Source: Eledone cirrhosa (lineage: Eukaryota). From it: 64,000 nucleotides of DNA. The stretch's first letter is position 1. The number at the start of each line of letters is the position of its first letter. Made by a program: the position numbers and the translations under genes. The notes under the pieces are model-generated. The model made no database searches, was not told where the DNA came from, and saw nothing but the letters and a program-made list of their open reading frames with translations. Below, in pieces: positions 51,650-63,484 of the stretch. Location of the stretch: assembly GCA_964016885.1 (NCBI GenBank), contig CAXHJY010000105.1, forward strand, positions 186,001 through 250,000, written 5' to 3'.

Positions 51650-54600
51650 TATGTAAGAGAGAGAGAGGCAATGTGTGTGTGAGATAATGTGTGTATGTAA
51701 GAGAGAGAGGGGAAATGTGTGTGTGAGATAATGTGTGTATGTAAGAGAGATGGGAAATGTGTGTGAGAGAGAATGTGTGTATGTAAGAGAGAGAGAGACA
51801 ATGTGTGTGAGAGTGAATGTGTGTATGTAAGAGAGAGAGAGGCAATGTGTGTGTGAGATAATGTGTGTATGTAAGAGAGATGGGAAATGTGTGTGAGAGA
51901 GAATGTGTGTATGTAAGAGAGAGAGAGAGAAAGTGTGTATGTAAGAGAGAGAGGGGAAATGTGTGTGAGAGATGTGTGTATGTAAGAGAGAGCGGAAATG
52001 TGTGTGAGAGATAATGTGTGTATGTAAGAGAGAGAGGCAATGTGTGTATGTAAGAGAGAGGGGCAATGTGTGTGTGAGATAATGTGTGTATGTAAGAGAG
52101 AGAGAGGGAATGTGTGTGGGAGACAATGTGTGTATGTAAGAGAGAGAGGCAATGTGTGTGAGAGAGAATGTGTGTATGTCAGAGAGAGAGGCAATGTGTG
52201 TGAGAGAGAATGTGTGTATGTAAGAGAGAGAGGCAATGTGTGTGAGTAAGAGAGAGAGGGGAAATGTGTGTGAGAGAGAATGTGTGTATGTAAGAGAGAG
52301 AGGGGAAATGTGTGTGAGAGAGAATGTGTGTATGTAAGAGAGAGAGGGGAAGTGTGTGTGAGGGAGAATGTGTGTATGTAAGAGAGAGAGGGGAAATGTG
52401 TGTTAGAGAGAATGTGTGTATGTAAGAGAGAGAGGCAATGTGTGTGAGAGAGAATGTGTGTATGTAAGAGAGAAAGGGGAAATGTGTGTGAGAGATAATG
52501 TGTGTATGTAAGAGAGAGAGGGAAAATGTGTGTGAGAGATAATGTGTGTATGTAAGAGAGAGAGGGGAAATGTGTGTGAGAGATAATGTGTGTATGTAAA
52601 AGAGAAAGTGGAAATGTGTGTGAGAGATAATGTGTGTATGTAAGAGAGAGAGGGGAAATGTGTGTGAGACAGAATGTGTGTATGTAAGAGAGAGGGGCAA
52701 TGTGTGTGTGAGATAATGTGTGTATGTAATAGAGAGAGGGGAAATGTGTGTGAGAGATAATGTGTGTATGTGAGAGAGTGAGGGGAAACGTGTGTGAGAG
52801 AGAATATGTGTATGTAAGAGAGAGAGAGGCAATGTGTGTTTGAGATAATGTGTGCATGTGAGAGAGAGAGGGGAAATATGTGTGAGAGAGAATGTCTGTA
52901 TGTAAGAGAGGGAGGCAATGTGTGTGAGAAAGAGAGAGAGAGGGGAAATGTGTGTGAGAGAGAATGTGTGTATGTAAGAGAGAGAGGCAATGTGTGTGTG
53001 AGATAATGTGTGTATGTAAGAGAGAGGGGCAATGTGTGTGAGAGATAATGTGTGTATGTAAGAGAGAGAGGGGAAATGTTTGTGAGAGATAATGTGTGTA
53101 TGTAAGAGAGAGGGGCAATGTGTGTGAGAGATAATGTGTGTATGTAAGAGAGAGAGGGGAAATGTGTGTGAGAGATAATGTGTGTATGTAAGAGAGAGAG
53201 GGGAAATGTGTGTGAGAGAGAATGTGTGTATGTAAGAGAGAGGGGCAATGTGTGTGTGAGATAATGTGTGTATGTGAAAGAGAGAGGAAATGTGTGTGAG
53301 AGAGAATGTGTGTATGTAAGAGAGAGAGAGGGAATGTGCGTATGTAAGAGAGAGAGGGGAAATGTGTGTGTGAGATAATGTGTGTATGTAAGAGAGAGGG
53401 GCAATGTGTTTGTGTGATGATGTGTGTATGTAAGAGAGAGAGGGGAAATGTGTGTGAGAGAGAATGTGTGTATGTAAGAGAGAGAGGCGAAATGTGTGTG
53501 AGAGATAATGTGTGAATGTAAGAGAGAGAGGCGAAATGTGTGTGTGAGATAATGTGTGTATGTAAGAGAGAGGGGCAATGTGTTTCTGAGATAATGTGTG
53601 TATGTAAGAGAGAGGGGCAATGTGTGTGTGAGATAATGTGTGTATGTGAAAGAGAGAGGAAATGTGTGTGAGTGAGAATGTGTGTATGTAAGAGAGAGAG
53701 AGGAAACGTGTGTGAGAGAGAATGTGTGTATGTAAGAGAGAGAGGCGAAATGTGTGTGTGAGATAATGTGTGTATGTGAAAGAGAGAGGAATTGTGTGTG
53801 AGAGAGAATGTGTGTATGTAAGAGAGAGAGAGGGAACGTGTGTGAGAGATAATGTGTGAACGTAAGAGAGAGAGGCGAAATGTGTGTGTGATATAATGTG
53901 TGTATGTGAAAGAGAGAGGAAATGTGTGTGAGAGAGAATGTGTGTACGTAAGAGAGAGAGAGGGAATGTGTGTGAGAGAGAATGTGTGTATGTAAGAGAG
54001 AGAGGGGAAATGTGTGTGAGAGATAATGTGTGTATGTGAAAGAGAGAGGAAATGTGTGTGAGAGAGAATGTGTGTATGTAAGAGAGTGAGAGGGAACGTG
54101 TGTGAGAGAGAATGTGTGTATGTAAGAGAGATGGGAAATGTGTGTGAGAGAGAATGTGTGTATGTAAGAGAGAGAGAGAGGCAATGTGTGTGAGAGAAAA
54201 AGTGTGTATGTAAGAGAGAGAGGGGAAATGTGTGTGAGAGATGTGTGTATGTAAGAGAGAGCGGAAATGTGTGTGAGAGATAATGTGTGTATGTAAGAGA
54301 GAGAGGCAATGTGTGTGTGAGATAATGTGTGTATGTAAGAGAGAGGGGCAATGTGTGTGTGAGATAATGTGTGTATGTAAGAGAGAGAGAGGGAATGTGT
54401 GTGAGAGAGAATGTGTGTATGTAAGAGAGAGAGGCAATGTGTGTGAGAGAGAATGTGTGTATGTCAGAGAGAGAGGCAATGTGTGTGAGAGAGAATGTGT
54501 GTATGTAAGAGAGAGAGGCAATGTGTGTGAGTAAGAGAGAGAGGGGAAATGTGTGTGAGAGAGAATGTGTGTATGTAAGAGAGAGAGGGGAAATGTGTGT

Positions 54601-57600
54601 GAGAGAGAATGTGTGTATGTAAGAGAGAGAGGGGAAGTGTGTGTGAGAGAGAATGTGTGTATGTAAGAGAGAGAGGGGAAATGTGTGTGAGAGAGAATGT
54701 GTGTATGTAAGAGAGAGAGGGGAAATGTGTGTGAGAGTGAATGTGTGTATGTGAGAGAGGGAGGCAAAGTGTGTGAGAGAGAATGTGTGTATGTAAGAGA
54801 GAGAGAGGCAATGTGTGTGTGAGATAATGTGTGTATGTAAGAGAGAGAGGGGAAATGTGTGTGTGAGATAATGTGTGTATGTAAGAGAGATGGGAAATGT
54901 GTGTGAGAGAGAATGTGTGTATGTAAGAGAGAGAGAGACAATGTGTGTGAGAGTGAATGTGTGTATGTAAGAGAGAGAGAGGCAATGTGTGTGTGAGATA
55001 ATGTGTGTATGTAAGAGAGATGGGAAATGTGTGTGAGAGAGAATGTGTGTATGTAAGAGAGAGAGAGAGGCAATGTGTGTGAGAGAGAAAGTGTTTATGT
55101 AAGAGAGAGAGGGGAAATGTGTGTGAGAGATGTGTGTATGTAAGAGAGAGCGGAAATGTGTGTGAGAGATAATGTGTGTATGTAAGAGAGAGAGGCAATG
55201 TGTGTGTGAGATAATGTGTGTATGTAAGAGAGAGGGGCAATGTGTGTGTGAGATAATGTGTGTATGTAAGAGAGAGAGAGGGAATGTGTGTGGGAGACAA
55301 TGTGTGTATGTAAGAGAGAGAGGCAATGTGTGTGAGAGAGAATGTGTGTATGTCAGAGAGAGAGGCAATGTGTGTGAGAGAGAATGTGTGTATGTAAGAG
55401 AGAGAGGCAATGTGTGTGAGTAAGAGAGAGAGGGGAAATGTGTGTGAGAGAGAATGTGTGTATGTAAGAGAGAGAGGGGAAATGTGTGTGAGAGAGAATG
55501 TGTGTATGTAAGAGAGAGAGGGGAAGTGTGTGTGAGAGAGAATGTGTGTATGTAAGAGAGAGAGGGGAAATGTGTGTTAGAGAGAATGTGTGTATGTAAG
55601 AGAGAGAGGCAATGTGTGTGAGAGAGAATGTGTGTATGTAAGAGAGAAAGGGGAAATGTGTGTGAGAGATAATGTGTGTATGTAAGAGAGAGAGGGAAAA
55701 TGTGTGTGAGAGATAATGTGTGTATGTAAGAGAGAGAGGGGAAATGTGTGTGAGAGATAATGTGTGTATGTAAGAGAGAGAGGGGAAATGTGTGTGAGAG
55801 ATAATGTGTGTATGTAAGAGAAAGAGGGGAAATGTGTGTGAGACAGAATGTGTGTATGTAAGAGAGAGGGGCAATGTGTGTGTGAGATAATGTGTGTATG
55901 TAATAGAGAGAGGGGAAATGTGTGTGAGAGATAATGTGTGTATGTGAGAGAGTGAGGGGAAACGTGTGTGAGAGAGAATATGTGTATGTAAGAGAGAGAG
56001 AGGCAATGTGTGTTTGAGATAATGTGTGCATGTGAGAGAGAGAGGGGAAATATGTGTGAGAGAGAATGTGTGTATGTAAGAGAGGGAGGCAATGTGTGTG
56101 AGTAAGAGAGAGAGGGGAAATGTGTGTGAGAGAGAATGTGTGTATGTAAGAGAGAGAGGCAATGTGTGTGTGAGATAATGTGTGTATGTAAGAGAGAGGG
56201 GCAATGTGTGTGAGAGATAATGTGTGTATGTAAGAGAGAGAGGGGAAATGTGTGTGAGAGATAATGTGTGTATGTAAGAGAGAGGGGCAATGTGTGTGAG
56301 AGATAATGTGTGTATGTAAGAGAGAGAGGGGAAATGTGTGTGAGAGATAATGTGTGTATGTAAGAGAGAGAGGGGAAATGTGTGTGAGAGAGAATGTGTG
56401 TATGTAAGAGAGAGGGGCAATGTGTGTGTGAGATAATGTGTGTATGTGAAAGAGAGAGGAAATGTGTGTGAGAGAGAATGTGTGTATGTAAGAGAGAGAG
56501 AGGGAATGTGCGTATGTAAGAGAGAGAGGGGAAATGTGTGTGTGAGATAATGTGTGTATGTAAGAGAGAGGGGCAATGTGTTTGTGTGATGATGTGTGTA
56601 TGTAAGAGAGAGAGGGGAAATGTGTGTGAGAGAGAATGTGTGTATGTAAGAGAGAGAGGCGAAATGTGTGTGAGAGATAATGTGTGAATGTAAGAGAGAG
56701 AGGCGAAATGTGTGTGTGAGATAATGTGTGTTTGTAAGAGAGAGGGGCAATGTGTTTCTGAGATAATGTGTGTATGTAAGAGAGAGGGGCAATGTGTGTG
56801 TGAGATAATGTGTGTATGTGAAAGAGAGAGGAAATGTGTGTGAGTGAGAATGTGTGTATGTAAGAGAGAGAGAGGGAACGTGTGTGAGAGAGAATGTGTG
56901 TATGTAAGAGAGAGAGGCGAAATGTGTGTGTGAGATAATGTGTGTATGTGAAAGAGAGAGGAATTGTGTGTGAGAGAGAATGTGTGTATGTAAGAGAGAG
57001 AGAGGGAACGTGTGTGGGAGATAATGTGTGAACGTAAGAGAGAGAGGCGAAATGTGTGTGTGATATAATGTGTGTATGTGAAAGAGAGAGGAAATGTGTG
57101 TGAGAGAGAATGTGTGTACGTAAGAGAGAGAGAGGGAATGTGTGTGAGAGAGAATGTGTGTATGTAAGAGAGAGAGGGGAAATGTGTGTGAGAGATAATG
57201 TGTGTATGTGAAAGAGAGAGGAAATGTGTGTGAGAGAGAATGTGTGTATGTAAGAGAGAGAGAGGGAACGTGTGTGAGAGAGAATGTGTGTATGTAAGAG
57301 AGATGGGAAATGTGTGTGAGAGAGAATGTGTGTATGTAAGAGAGAGAGAGAGGCAATGTGTGTGAGAGAGAAAGTGTGTATGTAAGAGAGAGAGGGGAAA
57401 TGTGTGTGAGAGATGTGTGTATGTAAGAGAGAGCGGAAATGTGTGTGAGAGATAATGTGTGTATGTAAGAGAGAGAGGCAATGTGTGTGTGAGATAATGT
57501 GTGTATGTAAGAGAGAGGGGCAATGTGTGTGTGAGATAATGTGTGTATGTAAGAGAGAGAGAGGGAATGTGTGTGAGAGAGAATGTGTGTATGTAAGAGA

Positions 57601-57880
57601 GAGAGGCAATGTGTGTGAGAGAGAATGTGTGTATGTCAGAGAGAGAGGCAATGTGTGTGAGAGAGAATGTGTGTATGTAAGAGAGAGAGGCAATGTGTGT
57701 GAGTAAGAGAGAGAGGGGAAATGTGTGTGAGAGAGAATGTGTGTATGTAAGAGAGAGAGGGGAAATGTGTGTGAGAGAGAATGTGTGTATGTAAGAGAGA
57801 GAGGGGAAGTGTGTGTGAGAGAGAATGTGTGTATGTAAGAGAGAGAGGGGAAATGTGTGTGAGAGAGAATGTGTGTATGT
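51650..57880. repeat. Tandem ~3.17-kb block duplication within array B, with a further partial copy at about 58100-59500
   Basis: GAGACAATG unit 51791/54931 (offset 3140); GCGGAAAT 51992/55150 (3158) and 54261/57433 (3172); TGTTTCTGAG 53581/56753 (3172) and again at 58986. Boundaries are approximate. Confidence 0.87.
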
Positions 57881-60800
57881 AAGAGAGAGAGGCAATGTGT
57901 GTGAGAGAGAATGTGTGTATGTAAGAGAGAAAGGGGAAATGTGTGTGAGAGATAATGTGTGTATGTAAGAGAGAGAGGGAAAATGTGTGTGAGAGAGAAT
58001 GTGTGTATGTAAGAGAGGGAGGCAATGTGTGTGAGAGAGATAGTGTGTATGTAAGAGGGAGGCAATGTGTGTGAGAGAGAATCTGTGTATGTAAGAGAGA
58101 AAGGGGAAATGTGTGTGAGAGATAATGTGTGTATGTGAGAGAGTGAGGGGAAACGTGTGTGAGAGAGAATATGTGTATGTAAGAGAGAGAGAGGCAATGT
58201 GTGTTTGAGATAATGTGTGCATGTGAGAGAGAGAGGGGAAATATGTGTGAGAGAGAATGTGTGTATGTAAGAGAGGGAGGCAATGTGTGTGAGTAAGAGA
58301 GAGAGGGGAAATGTGTGTGAGAGAGAATGTGTGTATGTAAGAGAGAGAGGCAATGTGTGTGTGAGATAATGTGTGTATGTAAGAGAGAGGGGCAATGTGT
58401 GTGAGAGATAATGTGTGTATGTAAGAGAGAGAGGGGAAATGTGTGTGAGAGATAATGTGTGTATGTAAGAGAGAGGGGCAATGTGTGTGAGAGATAATGT
58501 GTGTATGTAAGAGAGAGAGGGGAAATGTGTGTGAGATAATGTGTGTATGTAAGAGAGAGAGGGGAAATGTGTGTGAGAGATAATGTGTGTATGTAAGAGA
58601 GAGAGGGGAAATGTGTGTGAGAGAGAATGTGTGTATGTAAGAGAGAGGGGCAATGTGTGTGTGAGATAATGTGTGTATGTGAAAGAGAGAGGAAATGTGT
58701 GTGAGAGAGAATGTGTGTATGTAAGAGAGAGAGAGGGAATGTGCGTATGTAAGAGAGAGAGGGGAAATGTGTGTGTGAGATAATGTGTGTATGTAAGAGA
58801 GAGGGGCAATGTGTTTGTGAGATGATGTGTGTATGTAAGAGAGAGAGGGGAAATGTGTGTGAGAGAGAATGTGTGTATGTAAGAGAGAGAGGCGAAATGT
58901 GTGTGAGAGATAATGTGTGAATGTAAGAGAGAGAGGCGAAATGTGTGTGTGAGATAATGTGTGTATGTAAGAGAGAGGGGCAATGTGTTTCTGAGATAAT
59001 GTGTGTATGTAAGAGAGAGGGGCAATGTGTGTGTGAGATAATGTGTGTATGTAAGAGAGAGAGAGGGAACGTGTGTGAGAGAGAATGTGTGTATGTAAGA
59101 GAGAGAGGCGAAATGTGTGTGTGAGATAATGTGTGTATGTGAAAGAGAGAGGAATTGTGTGTGAGAGAGAATGTGTGTATGTAAGAGAGAGAGAGGGAAC
59201 GTGTGTGAGAGATAATGTGTGAACGTAAGAGAGAGAGGCGAAATGTGTGTGTGATATAATGTGTGTATGTGAAAGAGAGAGGAAATGTGTGTGAGAGAGA
59301 ATGTGTGTATGTAAGAGAGAGAGAGGGAATGTGTGTGAGAGAGAATGTGTGTATGTAAGAGAGAGAGGGGAAATGTGTGTGAGAGATAATGTGTGTATGT
59401 GAAAGAGAGAGGAAATGTGTGTGAGAGAGAATGTGTGTATGTAAGAGAGTGAGAGGGAACGTGTGTGAGAGAGAATGTGTGTATGTAAGAGAGAGAGGCG
59501 AAATGTGTGTGTGAGATAATGTGTGTATGTGAAAGAGAGAGGAAATGTTTGTGAGAGAGAATGTGTGTATGTAAGAGAGAGAGAGGGAACGTGTGTGAGA
59601 GATAATGTGTGAATGTAAGAGAGAGAGGCGAAATGTATGTGTGAGTTAATGTGTGTATGTGAAAGAGAGAGGAAATGTGTGTGAGAGAGAATGTGTGTAT
59701 GTAAGAGAGAGAGGGGAAATGTGTGTGAGAGATAATGTGTGAATGTAAGAGAGAGAGGCGAAATGTGTGTGTGAGATAATGTGTGAATGTAAGAGAGAGG
59801 GGCAATGTGTGTGTGAGATGATGTGTGTATGTAAGAGAGAGAGGGGAAATGTGTGTGAGAGAGAATGTGTGTATGTAAGAGAGAGAGGCGAAATGTGTGT
59901 GAGAGATAATGTGTGAATGTAAGAGAGAGAGGCGAAATGTGTGTGTGAGATAATGTGTGTATGTAAGAGAGAGGGGCAATGTGTGTGTGAGATGATGTGT
60001 GTATGTAAGAGAGAGAGGGGAAATGTGTGTGAGAGAGAATGTGTGTATGTAAGAGAGAGAGAGGGAATGTGTGTGAGAGAGAATGTGTGTATGTAAGAGA
60101 GAGAGGGGAAATGTGTGTGTGAGATAATGTGTGAATGTAAGAGAGAGAGGCGAAATGTGTGTGTGAGATAATGTGTGTATGTAAGAGAGAGGGGCAATGT
60201 GTGTGTGAGATAATGTGTGTATGTAAGAGAGAGGGGCAATGTGTGTGTGAGATAATGTGTGTATGTAAGAGAGAGTGAGGAAATATGTGTGAGAGAGAAT
60301 GTGTGTATGTAAGAGAGAGAGAGGGGAAATATGTGTGTGAGATAATGTGTGTATGTAGGAGAGAGGGGAAATGTGTGTGCGAGATAATGTGTGTATGTAA
60401 GAGAGAGAGTTAATGTGTCTGAGAGAGAATGTGTGTATGTAAGAGAGAGAGGGGAAATGTGTGTGTGAGATAATGTGTATGTAAGAGAGAGAGAGGCAAT
60501 GTGTGTGAGAGTGAATGTGTGTATGTAAGAGAGAGAGAGGCAATGTGTGTGAGAGAGAATGTGTGTATGTAAGAGTGAGAGGGGAAATGTGTGTGAGAGA
60601 TGTGTGTATGTAAGAGAGAGAGGGGAAATGTGTGTGAGAGAGAATGTGTGTATGTAAGAGAGAGAGAGGCAATGTGTGTGAGAGTGAATGTGTGTATGTA
60701 AGAGAGAGAGAGGCAATGTGTGTGTGAGATAATGTGTGTATGTAAGTGAGATGGGAAATGTGTGTGAGAGAGAATGTGTGTATGTAAGAGAGAGAGAGAG

Positions 60801-63397
60801 GCAATGTGTGTGAGAGAGAAAGTGTGTATGTAAAAGAGAGAGGGGAAATGTGTGTGAGAGATGTGTGTATGTAAGAGAGAGCGGAAATGTGTGTGAGAGA
60901 TAATGTGTTTATGTAAGAGAGAGAGGCAATGTGTGTGTGAGATAATGTGTGTATGTAAGAGAGAGAAAGGGAATGTGTGTGAGAGAGAATGTGTGTATGT
61001 AAGAGAGAGAGGCAATGTGTGTGAGAGAGAATGTGTGTATGTCAGAGAGAGAGGCAATGTGTGTTAGAGAGAATGTGTGTATGTAAGAGAGAGAGGCAAT
61101 GTGTGTGAGTAAGAGAGAGAGGGGAAATGTGTGTGAGAGAGAATGTGTGTATGTAAGAGAGAGAGGGGAAATGTGTGTGAGAGAGAATTTGTGTATGTAA
61201 GAGAGAGAGGGGAAATGTGTGTGAGAGAGAATGTGTGTATGTAAGAGAGAGAGGGGAAATGTGTGTGAGAGAGAATGTGTGTATGTAAGAGAGAGAGGCA
61301 ATGTGTGTGAGAGAGAATGTGTGTATGTAAGAGAGAAAGGGGAAATGTGTGTGAGAGATAATGTGTGTATGTAAGAGAGAGAGGGGAAATGTGTGTGAGA
61401 GATAATGTGTGTATGTAAGAGAGAGAGGGGAAATGTGTGTGAGAGATAATGTGTGTATGTAAGAGAGAGAGGGGAAATGTGTGTAAGAGAGAGGGGAAAT
61501 GTGTGTGAGAGATAATGTGTGTATGTAAGAGAGAGAGGGGAAATGTGTGTGAGACAGAATGTGTGTATGTAAGAGAGAGGGGCAATGTGTGTGTGAGATA
61601 ATGTGTGTATGTAATAGAGAGAGGGGAAATGTGTGTGAGAGATAATGTGTGTATGTGAGAGAGTGAGGGGAAACGTGTGTGAGAGAGAATGTGTGTATGT
61701 AAGAGAGAGAGAGGCAATGTGTGTTTGAGATAATGTGTGCATGTGAGAGAGAGAGGGGAAATATGTGTGAGAGAGAATGTGTGTATGTAAGAGAGGGAGG
61801 CAATGTGTGTGAGTAAGAGAGAGAGGGGAAATGTGTGTGAGAGAGAATGTGTGTATGTAAGAGAGAGAGGCAATGTGTGTGAGAGACAATGTGTGTATGT
61901 AAGAGAGAGAGGGGAAATGTGTGTGAGAGAGAATGTGTGTATGTAAGAGAGAGAGGGGAAATGTGTGTGAGAGATAATGTGTGTATGTAAGAGAGAGAGG
62001 GGAAATGTGTGTGAGAGATAATGTGTGTATGTAAGAGAGAGAGAGGAAATGTGTGTGAGAGATAATGTGTGTATGTAAGAGAGAGAGGGGAAATGTGTGT
62101 AAGAGAGAGGGGAAATGTGTGTGAGAGATAATGTGTGTATGTAAGAGAGAGAGGGGAAATGTGTGTGAGACAGAATGTGTGTATGTAAGAGAGAGGGGCA
62201 ATGTGTGTGTGAGATAATGTGTGTATGTAATAGAGAGAGGGGAAATGTGTGTGAGAGATAATGTGTGTATGTAAGAGAGAGAGGGGAAATGTGTGTGAGA
62301 GATAATGTGTGTATGTAAGAGAGAGAGGGGAAATGTGTGTGAGAGATAATGTGTGTATGTAAGAGAGAGGGGGGAAATGTGTGTAAGAGAGAGGGGAAAT
62401 GTGTGTGAGAGATAATGTGTGTATGTAAGAGAGAGAGGGGAAATGTGTGTGAGACAGAATGTGTGTATGTAAGAGAGAGGGGCAATGTGTGTGAGTAAGA
62501 GAGAGAGGGGAAATGTGTGTGAGAGAGAATGTGTGTATGTAAGAGAGAGAGGCAATGTGTGTGAGAGACAATGTGTGTATGTAAGAGAGAGAGGGGAAAT
62601 GTGTGTGAGAGAGAATGTGTGTATGTAAGAGAGAGAGGGGAAATGTGTGTGAGAGATAATGTGTGTATGTAAGAGAGAGAGGGGAAATGTGTGTGAGAGA
62701 TAATGTGTGTATGTAAGAGAGAGAGGGGGAAATGTGTGTGAGACAGAATGTGTGTATGTAAGAGAGAGGGGCAATGTGTGTGTGAGATAATGTGTGTATG
62801 TAATAGAGAGAGGGGAAATGTGTGTGAGTGATAATGTGTGTATGTCAGAGAGTGAGGGGAAACGTGTGTGAGAGAGAATGTGTGTATGTAAGAGAGAGAG
62901 AGGCAATGTGTGTTTGAGATAATGTGTGCATGTGAGAGAGAGAGGGGAAATGTGTGTGAGAGATAATGTGTGTATGTAAGAGATAGAGGGGAAATGTGTG
63001 TGAGAGAGAATGTGTGTATGTAAGAGAGAGAGGGGAAATGTGTGTGAGATAATGTGTGTATGTAAGAGAGAGAGAGGCAAAGTGTGTGAGAGAGAGTGTG
63101 TGTATGTAAGAGAGAGAGAGGAAATGTGTGTGTGTGAGAATGTGTGTATGTAAGAGAGAGAGGGTAAATGTGTGTGAGAGAGAATGTATGTAAGAGAGAG
63201 AGGGGAAATGTGTGTGAGAGAGAATGTGTGTATGTAAGAGAGAGAGGGGAAATGTGTGAGAGGTAATGTGTGTATGTAAGAGAGGGAGGGGAAATGTGTG
63301 TGTGAGATAATGTGTGTATGTAAGAGAGAGAGGCAATGTGTGTGAGAGAGAGTGTGTGTATGTAAGAGAGAGAGAGGCAATGTGTGTGAGAGATAAT

Positions 63398-63484
63398 TGT
63401 TTCTACTTCAGGCACAAGGCCAGCAATTACCAGTGCATTACTGGTACTTTATTTTATCGACCCCGTAAGGATGAAAGGCAAAGT
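63398..63484 (-). mobile_element. 5'-truncated SINE fragment inserted in satellite B; resembles octopus/cephalopod tRNA-derived SINE body and 3' end
   Basis: The minus strand reads ACTTTGCCTTTCATCCTTACGGGGTCGATAAAATAAAGTACCAGTAATGCACTGGTAATTGCTGGCCTTGTGCCTGAAGTAGAAACA(ATTAT). The GCCTTTCATCCTTNCGGGGTCGATAAAATAAGTACCAG and TTGCTGGCCTTGTGCC segments match my recollection of a very abundant Octopus SINE; no database search was run. The insert is flanked by an exact 12-bp direct repeat and lacks the A/B-box head. Confidence 0.75.
63428..63446. other. Perfect 7-bp inverted repeat TACCAGT-gcatt-ACTGGTA inside the insertion
   Basis: TACCAGT (63428-63434) is the reverse complement of ACTGGTA (63440-63446), with a 5-nt loop. 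Confidence 0.85.

Larger units (their letters stand above)
46670..63397. repeat. Satellite array B: tandem ~42-44-bp monomer AATGTGTGTATGTAAGAGAGAGAGG(GGA/C)AATGTGTGTGAGAG(AG/AT), roughly 390 copies
   Basis: AATGTGTGTATGTAAGAG recurs every 40-46 bp (e.g. 48426 to 48470 = 44 bp). Length varies by GA/TG dinucleotide number. Junction variants include GGCAAT, GGGGAAAT, GGGGCAAT and GGCGAAAT. Confidence 0.98.

Noticed and set aside
48070-60804. 4244-aa His/Ser/Leu/Thr-rich ORF and the many overlapping long minus-strand ORFs in array B
   Set aside because: The minus-strand monomer (CA/CT-rich) contains no TAA, TAG or TGA in any frame, so all three frames stay open. Monomer lengths vary in 2-bp steps with no frame preservation, the same peptides appear in every frame, and the starts are mostly non-ATG. 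This is a compositional artefact.
47650-63300. G-quadruplex potential from recurring GGGG runs
   Set aside because: The G-runs are about 40 nt apart, far beyond canonical loop lengths, so there is no support from sequence alone.
63398-63450. Plus-strand exon in the second island (TTTCTACTTCAG acceptor, GGTACT donor)
   Set aside because: The segment is better explained as an antisense SINE fragment with a TSD, and the splice-like motifs are short and unsupported.
46585-63484. The two unique islands are both about 85 bp and might be halves or termini of one element
   Set aside because: They show no direct or inverted similarity, their boundaries are ambiguous by a few bases, and the second island has its own TSD. 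The equal length is treated as coincidence.
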